Shown: positions 47,725 through 56,583, counted from the stretch's first letter. The stretch is DNA of 64,000 nt from an uncultured virus (IMG/VR IMGVR_UViG_3300037419_002203) (IMGVR_UViG_3300037419_002203:1-64000), one strand, 5' to 3'. Notes: generated by a model from the sequence alone, not told the origin. Made by a program: numbers and translations.

Positions 47725-47798
47725 GGTCTCACCTTCCCACTTACATGTACTCATATTCTGTGCAGAACATGCAGTGATCCCACATCGAGCATGAGACC
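47725..47798. promoter_or_regulatory. Symmetric back-to-back candidate late promoters
   Basis: CAGA-N20-GAnnnT-GAGACC on both strands, dyad centre 47761.5. Confidence 0.55.
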
Positions 47799-50700
47799 AT
47801 GGCCTTCTTCGTGCTCCGCAACACGCAGACCGACCTCTACCAGGTGGTGGAGGCGGCAAACCGTGCGGAGGTGGAATCGCGCTGGTTGCGCGGCAAGCCC
47901 TTCGTCTATGGAACCGGCCGCATCTTCGCCGATCCCACAAGCGCACAGGGCTGGTTGTCCAACGCAAGTGTCCCCGACATGGGTAAGCGCCCCGCTACCC
48001 TCGACTTGGCTATGGGTCAACAGATGCTCGCCCGCGTACGCGCGGAGGAAGCCGCCGACCGAGTCGTCGAGAACTCCATCCCGGACGCCTCCGCCGAGAG
48101 CGATGGCAGCCGAACCCAGCCCGAGGACCGCGACGCCGAACGCGACGGGTTGACGCGCCCCGAGAAGGGCGATGTCTTCAAGAAGACGGAGATCATCCCC
48201 GCGGATGCCCCGCGCCCCATCGGCGAGAGCGTGTGGGGCAAGGCCGAAGATCTCTTGCCTAGTGATGCCGACCTCGTCCGCAGCACCTTCGAGGAAGCCG
48301 AGCGCTTCGTCGATACGGCCACTCATGAGATGGCGAAGCGCAACGAGGACATGCTGGCCGACGGTCGGCGCACGTCCCCGAAGCCTCCCAAGATCACCGA
48401 GACCACGACGAAGAACGCCTTCGTGCGCACCTTCGACGCGTCGGGTCAGGTCACGTCGGCCGACCACTTCACGTACAGCGTCAAGCCCGCGGCTACCCGC
48501 AGCATGAGTGTCGGGTGGCGGGATCATCCCGACTACATGGGACCTGTCCCCGGTTCGCAGCTGGAACCACTGGTCCCACCCGAAGATCCCGTATTCAAGC
48601 CTCGCCAGGGTTGGACACGTACACCCGACAAGTACCAGATCCGTGAGTTCTACCACGACATCGCCACCGCACGATCGGTTGCAGCGGTCACGGGTGGGCG
48701 CGTGTCGATGGTTGAAGCAGGTGTCGCGGGTCCCGAATCCCTGGCCATGGTCACCTACCTCAACAAGCGCTACAACAAGGCAGCATCGGTGGGTGCCGAT
48801 CCTGTCCGTGCCCAGTACGATGGTTACACCTTCACCTCGCGCCGCAGTCTCGATGCGTTCGTGCAACGTAAGCTGGCTGACGCCTACGAGGCGCCCAGGC
48901 GCCCATGGGAGGGTGGTGTTCGCATCAACATGGGGCTGGTGGCCGGTGATTACCACCAGAACAGCTTGGGACCTGACGGGCGCCCTGTCGCACGTCCAGG
49001 TTACATCAGCAAGGGCATGCGCCCGGCTACCCCCGAAGATGTTGCCCGGTTCAACGATGAAGCTGCCAACATTCAGGCACGTACTCGCGCATCGCAAGAG
49101 CGTTACGCGGGGCTGGACGGCAACCGCGACGACTACCGCACGGGTGTCGCCCGTTCGCTCGTGTCGGACGGTCTGTCCTCGCCCGACTTCGAGCAGGGCG
49201 ACCGTTCGGCGTGGGAGATGCAGCGCGCGGGTGATCTCATGGAAGACCGGATCGACGCGGCCATGTACGGCGGCACCATCGATCCCATCACCGGCTTCCG
49301 CAGCACGGAGGTCTCCAAGAGCTTGATGCCCAGCGGCTTCGGAGACGATGCGCTGGGTCGTCCCGAGATGCTGTCGTCCGAGGTGCACTTCTTCACACGC
49401 AGCCACGAGGAAGCGCTGCTGATGGCGCGCCGCCGCTCCGGCCACATCGCCAAGGTCGAGACGGCACCGACACCTTACTACGAGTTCACCTTGAAGCCGT
49501 ACAATGCTCGTCCCGACGCCAAGCGTCTTCGCTCTATGCTCGGACGCAAGGCGGGGTACGTCAACGCGGACCAGCTCTACCTGGAGGCGATGAACCTCCC
49601 CAGCGACTACTACTCGCAGCGGCGCATCTCTTCCGACCCGCACGCCGAGGCAGGACGCATCGCCAAGGCGCTGGGTGCTGGTCTCGAAGCCTTCCGGCTC
49701 TCCGACATGAGTCGCTTCGTCGACGTGGCGGCGATCGTCAACGAAGGCACCGACGCGGTGATCGGCTACAAGCTGACGTATGCCAAGGACATCACCCGCA
49801 TCAACCACGGCGACGCATCGTTGTCGGCAGGTCCGCTGGGCGGTGGCGAGAAGATCCAGTACATGCACATCAAGCGCTCGGATGGTACCGAAGAGTCGGG
49901 CCACTTCGCCTGGCGCGATGGTCAGTGGGTCAAGACCTCGCGTCCGCACCGCGGCGCCGAGAACGTCATCGACATGGTCGCCGATCACGAGCAGACCGCC
50001 TACATTTCGTGGAACAAGCAAGGCGAGCTGACGATCCGTGCCTACACCGAGTCCGAAGCCCAACGCATCTCCGGCATCTTGCGCGAGCGCGACCCCCACA
50101 TTCAGCTCAACGCCAAGATCGGCAAGAGCACCGAAGCCTACGACGTGCGCTTCTACGACAAGGAGTTCGACTACACCGGCAAGACCCCGGCACGCGAGCC
50201 TAAGTTGCCCGAGGCGGGTGTGGACCAGCTGTACCCCGACCGGGTGCCGTCCAGCTCCCCTTTGGCGCCTACTAACCGTCCTCAGGTCTCCCGTCAACAG
50301 GGCGCACCGCTGGGGCAGCTGGTCTCGCCCTCTACACCGGGTCTGTCGCCCCTCAACACCCGTACGGCAGCAGCCATCCCCGTCACCACGACGCGGGTGG
50401 GTGCTGCAGGCGACCGCAACTCTAGCTGGTGGTCGCAGCCCGAACACGTCTTTGCACTGCGCGGGTTGGACCGGCTCTCGTCTGCGGCACCCCTTGGTGC
50501 TTTGGTGATGGACGCGGAACCGGCCATTGCCCGTACAGTACATCCCGATCCTTACGTGAGCGACCCCCGCCGCGAGGAAACCACCCAGCGTTGGGCGGTG
50601 AACCAGCAAAACCGGGCAATCGCCCAAACGCGTGAACGCGAGATGTTCGCGCGCGAGGAAGCCGCACACGTCTCGCCACTCTCCAACACCGAGCTGCACG

Positions 50701-51365
50701 CACGCACGTTGCTGGGCGCCCTGCCCGGCTCTGGGTTCGCCGTGGGTCACGTTGGCCGTGCCGCCTTCGGTTACGCCGCGGGTGCGGCTTTGGGTGGTTT
50801 GCTAGGTACCAGCGGCAGTGGTCTCAGCGGCAGCGATCAGTTCTCCGCCGCAGCCGAAGGTGCGCTGTGGGGTGCCATGGGGAACAACCCGCGCGCGTTG
50901 ATGTTTGGTTTGCGGTCGCACGTCGGCCAGCAGTCCCGCGACGAGATCGAGGGAACCCTGGGCACCATGGTCGTGGGCTTGGGCGTCGGCACACCGGTCA
51001 GCGCACTGGTCGAGCACCGCATCACACGCAGCCGCGGCGGTGCCGCCGGTCAGATCGCAGGCTTCGTGGCAGGTGCGGCTATTTGGTCGATGGCCGAACT
51101 GGGTCGTGGGCTCATCACCGGTTGGCGCGGACGCGCTGCCGCCGCGGCCAGCAACACCGTCAATCAGACGGCGCTCGCCACGTCGACGGACCGCGCACGC
51201 GACCTGGCACAGGAGTCGTCGGACGAGTTCGAGAACTTCGACATCGAGTTCCAGGACGAGCAAGGCAACGTCCTGGATGTCGACTTCGAGGATGACGAAC
51301 GCAGCGTGACCGAGGTGGTCGACGAAGACGGTGAGGACTTCGCCTTCGACCTGGAAGTCGCCTAG
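47799..51365 (+). CDS. Large orphan protein (1188 aa), possible tape-measure/ejection protein
   Basis: Coding-like codon bias; Gly/Ala-rich hydrophobic helices near C-terminus, very acidic tail; no RBS. Confidence 0.7.
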   Translation: MAFFVLRNTQTDLYQVVEAANRAEVESRWLRGKPFVYGTGRIFADPTSAQGWLSNASVPDMGKRPATLDLAMGQQMLARVRAEEAADRVVENSIPDASAESDGSRTQPEDRDAERDGLTRPEKGDVFKKTEIIPADAPRPIGESVWGKAEDLLPSDADLVRSTFEEAERFVDTATHEMAKRNEDMLADGRRTSPKPPKITETTTKNAFVRTFDASGQVTSADHFTYSVKPAATRSMSVGWRDHPDYMGPVPGSQLEPLVPPEDPVFKPRQGWTRTPDKYQIREFYHDIATARSVAAVTGGRVSMVEAGVAGPESLAMVTYLNKRYNKAASVGADPVRAQYDGYTFTSRRSLDAFVQRKLADAYEAPRRPWEGGVRINMGLVAGDYHQNSLGPDGRPVARPGYISKGMRPATPEDVARFNDEAANIQARTRASQERYAGLDGNRDDYRTGVARSLVSDGLSSPDFEQGDRSAWEMQRAGDLMEDRIDAAMYGGTIDPITGFRSTEVSKSLMPSGFGDDALGRPEMLSSEVHFFTRSHEEALLMARRRSGHIAKVETAPTPYYEFTLKPYNARPDAKRLRSMLGRKAGYVNADQLYLEAMNLPSDYYSQRRISSDPHAEAGRIAKALGAGLEAFRLSDMSRFVDVAAIVNEGTDAVIGYKLTYAKDITRINHGDASLSAGPLGGGEKIQYMHIKRSDGTEESGHFAWRDGQWVKTSRPHRGAENVIDMVADHEQTAYISWNKQGELTIRAYTESEAQRISGILRERDPHIQLNAKIGKSTEAYDVRFYDKEFDYTGKTPAREPKLPEAGVDQLYPDRVPSSSPLAPTNRPQVSRQQGAPLGQLVSPSTPGLSPLNTRTAAAIPVTTTRVGAAGDRNSSWWSQPEHVFALRGLDRLSSAAPLGALVMDAEPAIARTVHPDPYVSDPRREETTQRWAVNQQNRAIAQTREREMFAREEAAHVSPLSNTELHARTLLGALPGSGFAVGHVGRAAFGYAAGAALGGLLGTSGSGLSGSDQFSAAAEGALWGAMGNNPRALMFGLRSHVGQQSRDEIEGTLGTMVVGLGVGTPVSALVEHRITRSRGGAAGQIAGFVAGAAIWSMAELGRGLITGWRGRAAAAASNTVNQTALATSTDRARDLAQESSDEFENFDIEFQDEQGNVLDVDFEDDERSVTEVVDEDGEDFAFDLEVA

Positions 51366-52459
51366 GCCCCGCCCCCAGCGCCTGTGGTGCCCGTCGTGGT
51401 CGGCATCTGTTGCGCGATCTCCTGACGGACCTGCTTCGACCAGCCATCGATCACATCCACCACGGACAGGATCGCCTTCTTGGTCTCTTCGTTGTCCACG
51501 CGGTTGATGCGCAGAGCCAGGAACGCCGGGGTCATGCTGTCCTTGAAGAACTTCTGCAGCTCTTCGAAGGACTTCTTGACGTCTGCCTTCGCCTGGCCGA
51601 CGGGCGAGTGCATGAACCGCTCCAGGTTCTGCCGTGCCTTCGACGCATCTGCCGCCACTTCGCGCAGCTGCATCTCGACCGTCTCCTTGGCCTGTGTCGC
51701 CTGCTCCAGCTGGATCTTGAGCTTGCCGATCTCCGGGTCGCCCTCGCCGATCTTGGTGGCCGCCTCGTGCAGCTTGACCTGCCCCGACAACTCCGTCACG
51801 CGCGCGGCGCGCTCGTTGACGTCCGTCTGGAGCTGCTTGGTCTGCTCGTCCATCTGGGTGATGCGACTCTGCAACTCGTCCGCGCGCTCCGCTGCTTCGG
51901 CCGCGCCCATCTCGCGTGCCTTCTTGAGCTGGTCGTCGAGCTGCTTGCGCAGCTTGGGCGACGTCTCCGCCAAGCTCTTGAGGTCGAGGTCGACCTTGCC
52001 CGCGTTGGCGGCCGAGATCAGCTCGCGCGTGTCCTTGGTGTTGAGCTGGGCGGCCGACACCACGCGCGCCAGCTTGGCAACGTCTTCCGGCGTGCTGTTG
52101 TGGAAGTTGAAGCGCGCGACCTCGCGGAAGTGCCGGAACGTGAGGTTCATCGGCACCGCTTCGGCGTCCTTGAAGACGTCCGCGACCTGGATCATCCGGT
52201 TCGCGTAGTCCTTGCTGTAGGCGAAGTGCTCGCACCACTTCTCCCAGGCACCGGTCACGCCCTTGTCCTTGAGGATGGTGCGGATCGAGCCCAGCTTCCT
52301 ACCCATCTCCCAGAGCGCCCGACCAGCGACCGCCTCCAGGTTGACGACGTCCTCGGTCAGCGACCGCACGAGCGCGGCGCTGTCCTCGCTGACGTTCAGC
52401 CCCTGCAAGAACGCGTGCTGATCCGCCTGCTGGGCGACCAGCTCCGAACCCTTAGCCAC
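51362..52459 (-). CDS. DUF3102 domain coiled-coil protein
   Basis: WEMGRKL..IR..L...G.W..W.....YS...ANR.IQVA; GTG start at 52459 with GAGGAGG RBS. Confidence 0.75.
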   Translation of the reverse strand: MAKGSELVAQQADQHAFLQGLNVSEDSAALVRSLTEDVVNLEAVAGRALWEMGRKLGSIRTILKDKGVTGAWEKWCEHFAYSKDYANRMIQVADVFKDAEAVPMNLTFRHFREVARFNFHNSTPEDVAKLARVVSAAQLNTKDTRELISAANAGKVDLDLKSLAETSPKLRKQLDDQLKKAREMGAAEAAERADELQSRITQMDEQTKQLQTDVNERAARVTELSGQVKLHEAATKIGEGDPEIGKLKIQLEQATQAKETVEMQLREVAADASKARQNLERFMHSPVGQAKADVKKSFEELQKFFKDSMTPAFLALRINRVDNEETKKAILSVVDVIDGWSKQVRQEIAQQMPTTTGTTGAGGGA

Positions 52460-53051
52460 TGACTGCCTCCTCGCTGTCGACCAGCGTGCCGTTGACGACT
52501 TCGATGTCGGAGATCGCCACGGTGATCTCCATCGTGGGGACTTCCTTCTTGACGCCCGCCGCGTGGACGTGCAGGATCTCGCCGTAGACTTGATCCTCTT
52601 CGTCGTCCTTGACAAAGTTGATGCGCAGGATCTTCGTCTCGCGCTCGCCCTTCACTCCGTTCAGCACGTCGACGATGTCGGCTTTGTAGGCGCCCTTGCA
52701 GATCACCATCATGTAGTCCGGCATCGGAACCTTGCCTTCGGCGATGCACTCGACATCGTCGAAGAACAGGCCGCGCTCGAACCAGAAGACGCTCTGCAGC
52801 AGGTCCAAGGTGTAAGACATCGGCCCGTGCTTCAAGCCGCTGAAGTCGATGTCGAAGCCCTGCAACGGGTCGGGACCCACGGGGAAGTTCAGCGGGCGCT
52901 CGTACTCCTCCTTCGGCAGGTTCCCGAAGGACGCCTTCATCAGCTCGACTTCCTCGTCGGTAGGGACAGCAGGCTCCTCGGGGAGTCCGGCCTTCAGACG
53001 AGCTGCTTGCAGATCGTCGGGGATGCGGTAGGGGTCTTCCTTATGCGTCAT
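52452..53051 (-). CDS. Divergent tail-tube-like protein
   Basis: GPDPLQGFDI and FERGL resemble tube motifs; ATG 53051 with GAGGAG RBS. Confidence 0.5.
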   Translation of the reverse strand: MTHKEDPYRIPDDLQAARLKAGLPEEPAVPTDEEVELMKASFGNLPKEEYERPLNFPVGPDPLQGFDIDFSGLKHGPMSYTLDLLQSVFWFERGLFFDDVECIAEGKVPMPDYMMVICKGAYKADIVDVLNGVKGERETKILRINFVKDDEEDQVYGEILHVHAAGVKKEVPTMEITVAISDIEVVNGTLVDSEEAVSG

Positions 53052-53053
53052 GA

Positions 53054-53311
53054 CTAGGTTTCTCCTCTCAACACCTGCTGTAGTAGCACCACCACACGCT
53101 GCGCCCACTCACGGAGCTGTGGCGTCATGTCTCGCGTGAAGCGAGACGCCAACTTGTCGTACAAGAGCGAAGGCTCGCGCAAATTGTAGAACCGCCACAT
53201 CTGCTCGATGAGCTTGCCCTTCGTCTGTCCGCTTTGGGTCAGGTGCGCGTCGATCTCCTTCTGGATCTGTGGATCGAGGTAGCAGCTGAATTGGGGTTTG
53301 TTGGTGCCCAT
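53054..53311 (-). CDS. Ribbon-helix-helix DNA-binding protein
   Basis: QFSCYLD...QKEID.....G.TK..LIE pattern (strand-helix-G-helix). Confidence 0.65.
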   Translation of the reverse strand: MGTNKPQFSCYLDPQIQKEIDAHLTQSGQTKGKLIEQMWRFYNLREPSLLYDKLASRFTRDMTPQLREWAQRVVVLLQQVLRGET

Positions 53312-53321
53312 CCGTTACCTT

Positions 53322-53493
53322 CTAGTTCAGGTCCAGCTTGGCGTCTAGCGAATGCTTCGCCAAGCGGATCTCGTCGGCTGAGATGACAACCGTCTCATGA
53401 CGACCGTACTCCTTTGGATCTTCCACCGCCAAACGGGGGAAGCACTCCAGGCTACAGTACAAGTCGAGGGGGCATCACGATGACTCGTTGCAT
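53322..53493 (-). pseudogene. Small frameshifted ORF
   Basis: AGGAG+ATG at 53493; removing one C from a C5 run gives a 56-aa ORF ending at 53322. Confidence 0.4.
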
Positions 53494-53520
53494 GTGGTCG
53501 CTCCTAGGATCAACAAAGCT

Positions 53521-53576
53521 ACTGTACCACGACTTCCATGGAAGGTCTAGCACTTCCACCTACTTTGTGCTAAAGT
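53521..53576. promoter_or_regulatory. Overlapping divergent sigma70-type promoters
   Basis: Minus strand TAGACC-17-TACAGT with extended TG; plus strand TAGCAC-17-TAAAGT with extended TG; palindrome CTTCCATGGAAG between them. Confidence 0.6.
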
Positions 53577-53597
53577 AGCGACCAGCAAAGGAGAACC

Positions 53598-53885
53598 GTG
53601 GTGAACTGGGACACGCAGCCTAACACCCGTGCGGTTCTCCTCGCACTCGATCCTGTCCTGTGTGAGCTAGCGTTTGCTCGTCGGATCAACTTCGTCCGGG
53701 ACGCCATCCAATCGGTCATCGCCTTCTGTACGGTGACCAACCAGAAGGTTCCCGAGCACGCCATGGTGATCGACTGGCAAGAGCAGCTGGTCTTCATCGA
53801 CCACCCCACCCCTGTCGACAAGATGCGGTGGTACCAGGTCATCACCCAGATGCTCTTCATCAAGAACCAAGGAGGCTCTCTGTGA
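53598..53885 (+). CDS. Hypothetical protein
   Basis: AAGGAG RBS; the only called gene ending in TGA (GTGA overlap). Confidence 0.75.
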   Translation: MVNWDTQPNTRAVLLALDPVLCELAFARRINFVRDAIQSVIAFCTVTNQKVPEHAMVIDWQEQLVFIDHPTPVDKMRWYQVITQMLFIKNQGGSL

Positions 53886-54121
53886 GCGACCGCACCAACG
53901 ATCTGGCCCGTCTCCACAACCGTCTCTACGAGGCGTATGGTCCCACCTCCGGCATCCAGTTCCTCGCCGTCATCGGTCCGAAGTTGGACCCCGAAGTCAG
54001 TGTCATGAACTTGGAGAAGGCGCTGGACACCATCAACCACTACGCGGCGAACCCGGAGCTTCGCCATAGTCAATTGTTGTCTTTCCTCCCCCTCAACACC
54101 TTGTTCACCGTTACCCTCTAG
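53882..54121 (+). CDS. Hypothetical protein
   Basis: AGGAGG RBS, GTG overlapping upstream stop. Confidence 0.7.
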   Translation: MSDRTNDLARLHNRLYEAYGPTSGIQFLAVIGPKLDPEVSVMNLEKALDTINHYAANPELRHSQLLSFLPLNTLFTVTL

Positions 54122-54137
54122 TTGGAAGGAGTCTCCC

Positions 54138-54599
54138 GTGACCCGCATCAAGCCCAAACTCAAGGCGCCCGTTCAGAGTCCCGAGCAGCAGCGTCGGACC
54201 GAGCTGATCCAGGCTCACGTCGACCGTGTCTTGCAGGCGGCCGACAAGAGCGAGATCCCGGTTCCCAAGGCGACCTGCGCGCGTGTCATCACGCAGCAGA
54301 CGATCGACTACCTGAACCGTCGGCTCTACGGCGTCAAGACGGTGGACAAGCGCGTCAAGGCAGACATTGCCAAGGCGATCGTCGTCATCAAGGAATCGTT
54401 CGCCGAGAACGCGGTGCCGTTGCCCACGAGCATCATGGACAGCTGGGTGGGTGGTCGCGTCCACCTGCGTCTGACCTTCAAGAAGTCGGACGATCTGCAG
54501 ATGGCGATCGAGCAGCTGCAAGCACTCCCGCCAGCTGACGACGAGACCGCCAAGGCGATCGAAGAGACCATCGCGGGCTTCCGTCGGGAGAAGCACTAG
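54138..54599 (+). CDS. Hypothetical protein
   Basis: AAGGAG RBS, coding-like bias. Confidence 0.75.
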   Translation: MTRIKPKLKAPVQSPEQQRRTELIQAHVDRVLQAADKSEIPVPKATCARVITQQTIDYLNRRLYGVKTVDKRVKADIAKAIVVIKESFAENAVPLPTSIMDSWVGGRVHLRLTFKKSDDLQMAIEQLQALPPADDETAKAIEETIAGFRREKH

Positions 54600-54728
54600 A
54601 TGACGATGCACAGCAAGGTCTGCACCTGCGGCAAGACTTTCCAGACTGCCGATCCCAAGCGGGTTCAGTGCCCGACCTGCCAACCACCTCCGCAGGTGCA
54701 GGTGATGTCGGAGAGTCACAACCGTTAA
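54600..54728 (+). CDS. Small zinc-ribbon protein (42 aa)
   Basis: Manually translated MTMHSKVCTCGKTFQTADPKRVQCPTCQ... Confidence 0.6.
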   Translation: MTMHSKVCTCGKTFQTADPKRVQCPTCQPPPQVQVMSESHNR

Positions 54729-54749
54729 GGGACTCCAAGAACAACAGAT

Positions 54750-54786
54750 GGGACCCATCGCTTAGGCGATGGGTCCCTTTTCTTAT
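54750..54786 (+). terminator. Intrinsic terminator
   Basis: GGGACCCATCGC-TTAG-GCGATGGGTCCC then TTTTCTTAT. Confidence 0.85.
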
Positions 54787-55150
54787 ACGGCGTCGCGCCC
54801 TGTGAGCAGCACAAGGACCCAGCAGCATGGTGTGGTTCCTGCTGGGTCCCTGTACGCATCCCCAAGCCCACCGTCCGCGGTAGGACTCTACCTTTGTTGT
54901 ACCACAAGAGTAGGTGGAAGTACACCTACTTTGGTTTCAAAAGTATGCATGGTTGTACGAGCCAAGGCGGGGCCTCTGGCCCCACCCCCCTACCCCCTTA
55001 GGTCGCGCGAAACACGACCTGGGTACGGTGGGGCCTCTGGCGATCGCCGTACTACCCGGCGTAACCAGACTACAACCCCTTGCGATCGCCGTTGCCTGAC
55101 CGCCGTGGTACAGGCTTGCCGATCGCCTGCCGAGAGGAGCGTTACACACC

Positions 55151-55471
55151 ATGAACGACACCATCAACACGCACGACAAGGTCACCGCTGCTGCCGAGGC
55201 TTGGCTCGACCGCTACTTCGCTGGCGATCGCCCTGCCTACGTCACCGACCAGCTGCTCGCTGGCTTCCGGTGGATGTTCATCGAGCAGCTCCGCGGCTCC
55301 TACACCTGCCGGGAGGCGCACGACGAGGTCTACGGCGCGGACGAGTTGGAGCTGGGTGCAAGCCCGAAGGGCTTCAAGCTCTACCTCTACGAGCTGGCTG
55401 ACGCCATCGAGGCTGCACGCGCAGCGAAGCGCTTGGCGATCGCCCTCCGCGAGGAGGAAGCCCAGGGCTAG
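55151..55471 (+). CDS. Early-type hypothetical protein
   Basis: GAGAGGAG RBS. Confidence 0.8.
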   Translation: MNDTINTHDKVTAAAEAWLDRYFAGDRPAYVTDQLLAGFRWMFIEQLRGSYTCREAHDEVYGADELELGASPKGFKLYLYELADAIEAARAAKRLAIALREEEAQG

Positions 55472-55479
55472 CGATCGCC

Positions 55480-55533
55480 GGTGCGTGGGTGCCCTGTTCT
55501 TGCCCTTGGCAAGAAGACGCCCACCCACGCACC
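55480..55533. repeat. Repeated hairpin element, copy 1
   Basis: GGTGCGTGGGTG...CACCCACGCACC; second copy at 56633-56685. Confidence 0.9.
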
Positions 55534-55833
55534 CCACACCGCGCAGCTGGCCTGCCCGGCTACCGCCGGATGGTTGGCGATCGCCTCGAACGGCGAACCA
55601 AGGAGCCGCCATTCGGCGGACCGGAACAAGGCCGGGGCTCACGCCCCTAAGACCCCACGATTGCCAGTCTACTGCGAACACGCAAGCACGCCGTGCACGC
55701 AAGGCTGGCGCGCTTCGCGCATTACATGGGTGTGCTTGCACGCCCGCAGTTCACCCAAGCAATCCTCGTTGATTGCATGGGACGCCGCTGACGCGGCTAA
55801 GGGTCGCGTCACCTAGCCGAAAGGACCACACCG

Positions 55834-56583
55834 ATGACCACTACCGCTACCAAGCCGCTTCGCCCCTTCCAGATCGCCCTCGCCGAGGCCAAGGCGCTCG
55901 CGATGGCGACCGGCAAGGTCCACACCGTCACCGCCGACAAGGTCGGCCGCGCGATCGCCGCGCCTGCCGCCAAGGTCAAGATGGCCCGCGAGCAGCGCGA
56001 GCTGGAAGGCAACACCGCGGATGACCGCGCGGAGAACAACTGGACCGAGAACGACTCCGTCGGCCTGTCCTACCAGGTGGAGGGTGACCTGGACGCCCAG
56101 CTCGATCGCGACGCCAAGGCGTTCGCTGGCTGGTACGTCGAGCAGCACACCGCGCGGTTCGCCTCGCTGGGCAGCGCCAAGCGCTTCGCCCGGAGCGTGA
56201 CCCGCGACGAGTCGCCCGCCCGCATCCAGCGCAAGCGCGTCGACTACACGGTCGGCTTCGCGCCCTGCGCCACCTGGTCGCAGGGGCGCAGCTGGCGGCT
56301 GCACCGCTACGAGTTCGTGGTCACCTACACGACCCGCGTGTGCTACGCGGCCGAGGGCGACTACGACTTCGTGCCCGAAGAGCGCGTCGTCGAGTACGAC
56401 TGCAGCGGTCCCGCGTACGTGGAGGCGCCGCACTGGGACGTCGACTTCAGCTCCTACCCGGAGTGGGAGCCGATCGCCCACGCGCCTGCCGACTGGTCGG
56501 CCAGCTACCTGGCTGCGGGTCGCGCGCACGTCAAGTGCGCCGCGCAGCACACCACGGGCGCCTGCACGGTGTGCGGGCGCTAA
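55834..56583 (+). CDS. Early-type hypothetical protein
   Basis: AAAGGA RBS; C-terminal C...H...CxxC. Confidence 0.8.
   Translation: MTTTATKPLRPFQIALAEAKALAMATGKVHTVTADKVGRAIAAPAAKVKMAREQRELEGNTADDRAENNWTENDSVGLSYQVEGDLDAQLDRDAKAFAGWYVEQHTARFASLGSAKRFARSVTRDESPARIQRKRVDYTVGFAPCATWSQGRSWRLHRYEFVVTYTTRVCYAAEGDYDFVPEERVVEYDCSGPAYVEAPHWDVDFSSYPEWEPIAHAPADWSASYLAAGRAHVKCAAQHTTGACTVCGR

Noticed and set aside
55480..55533. Hammerhead ribozyme or intrinsic terminator
   Set aside because: No CUGAnGA/GAAA core and no U-tract
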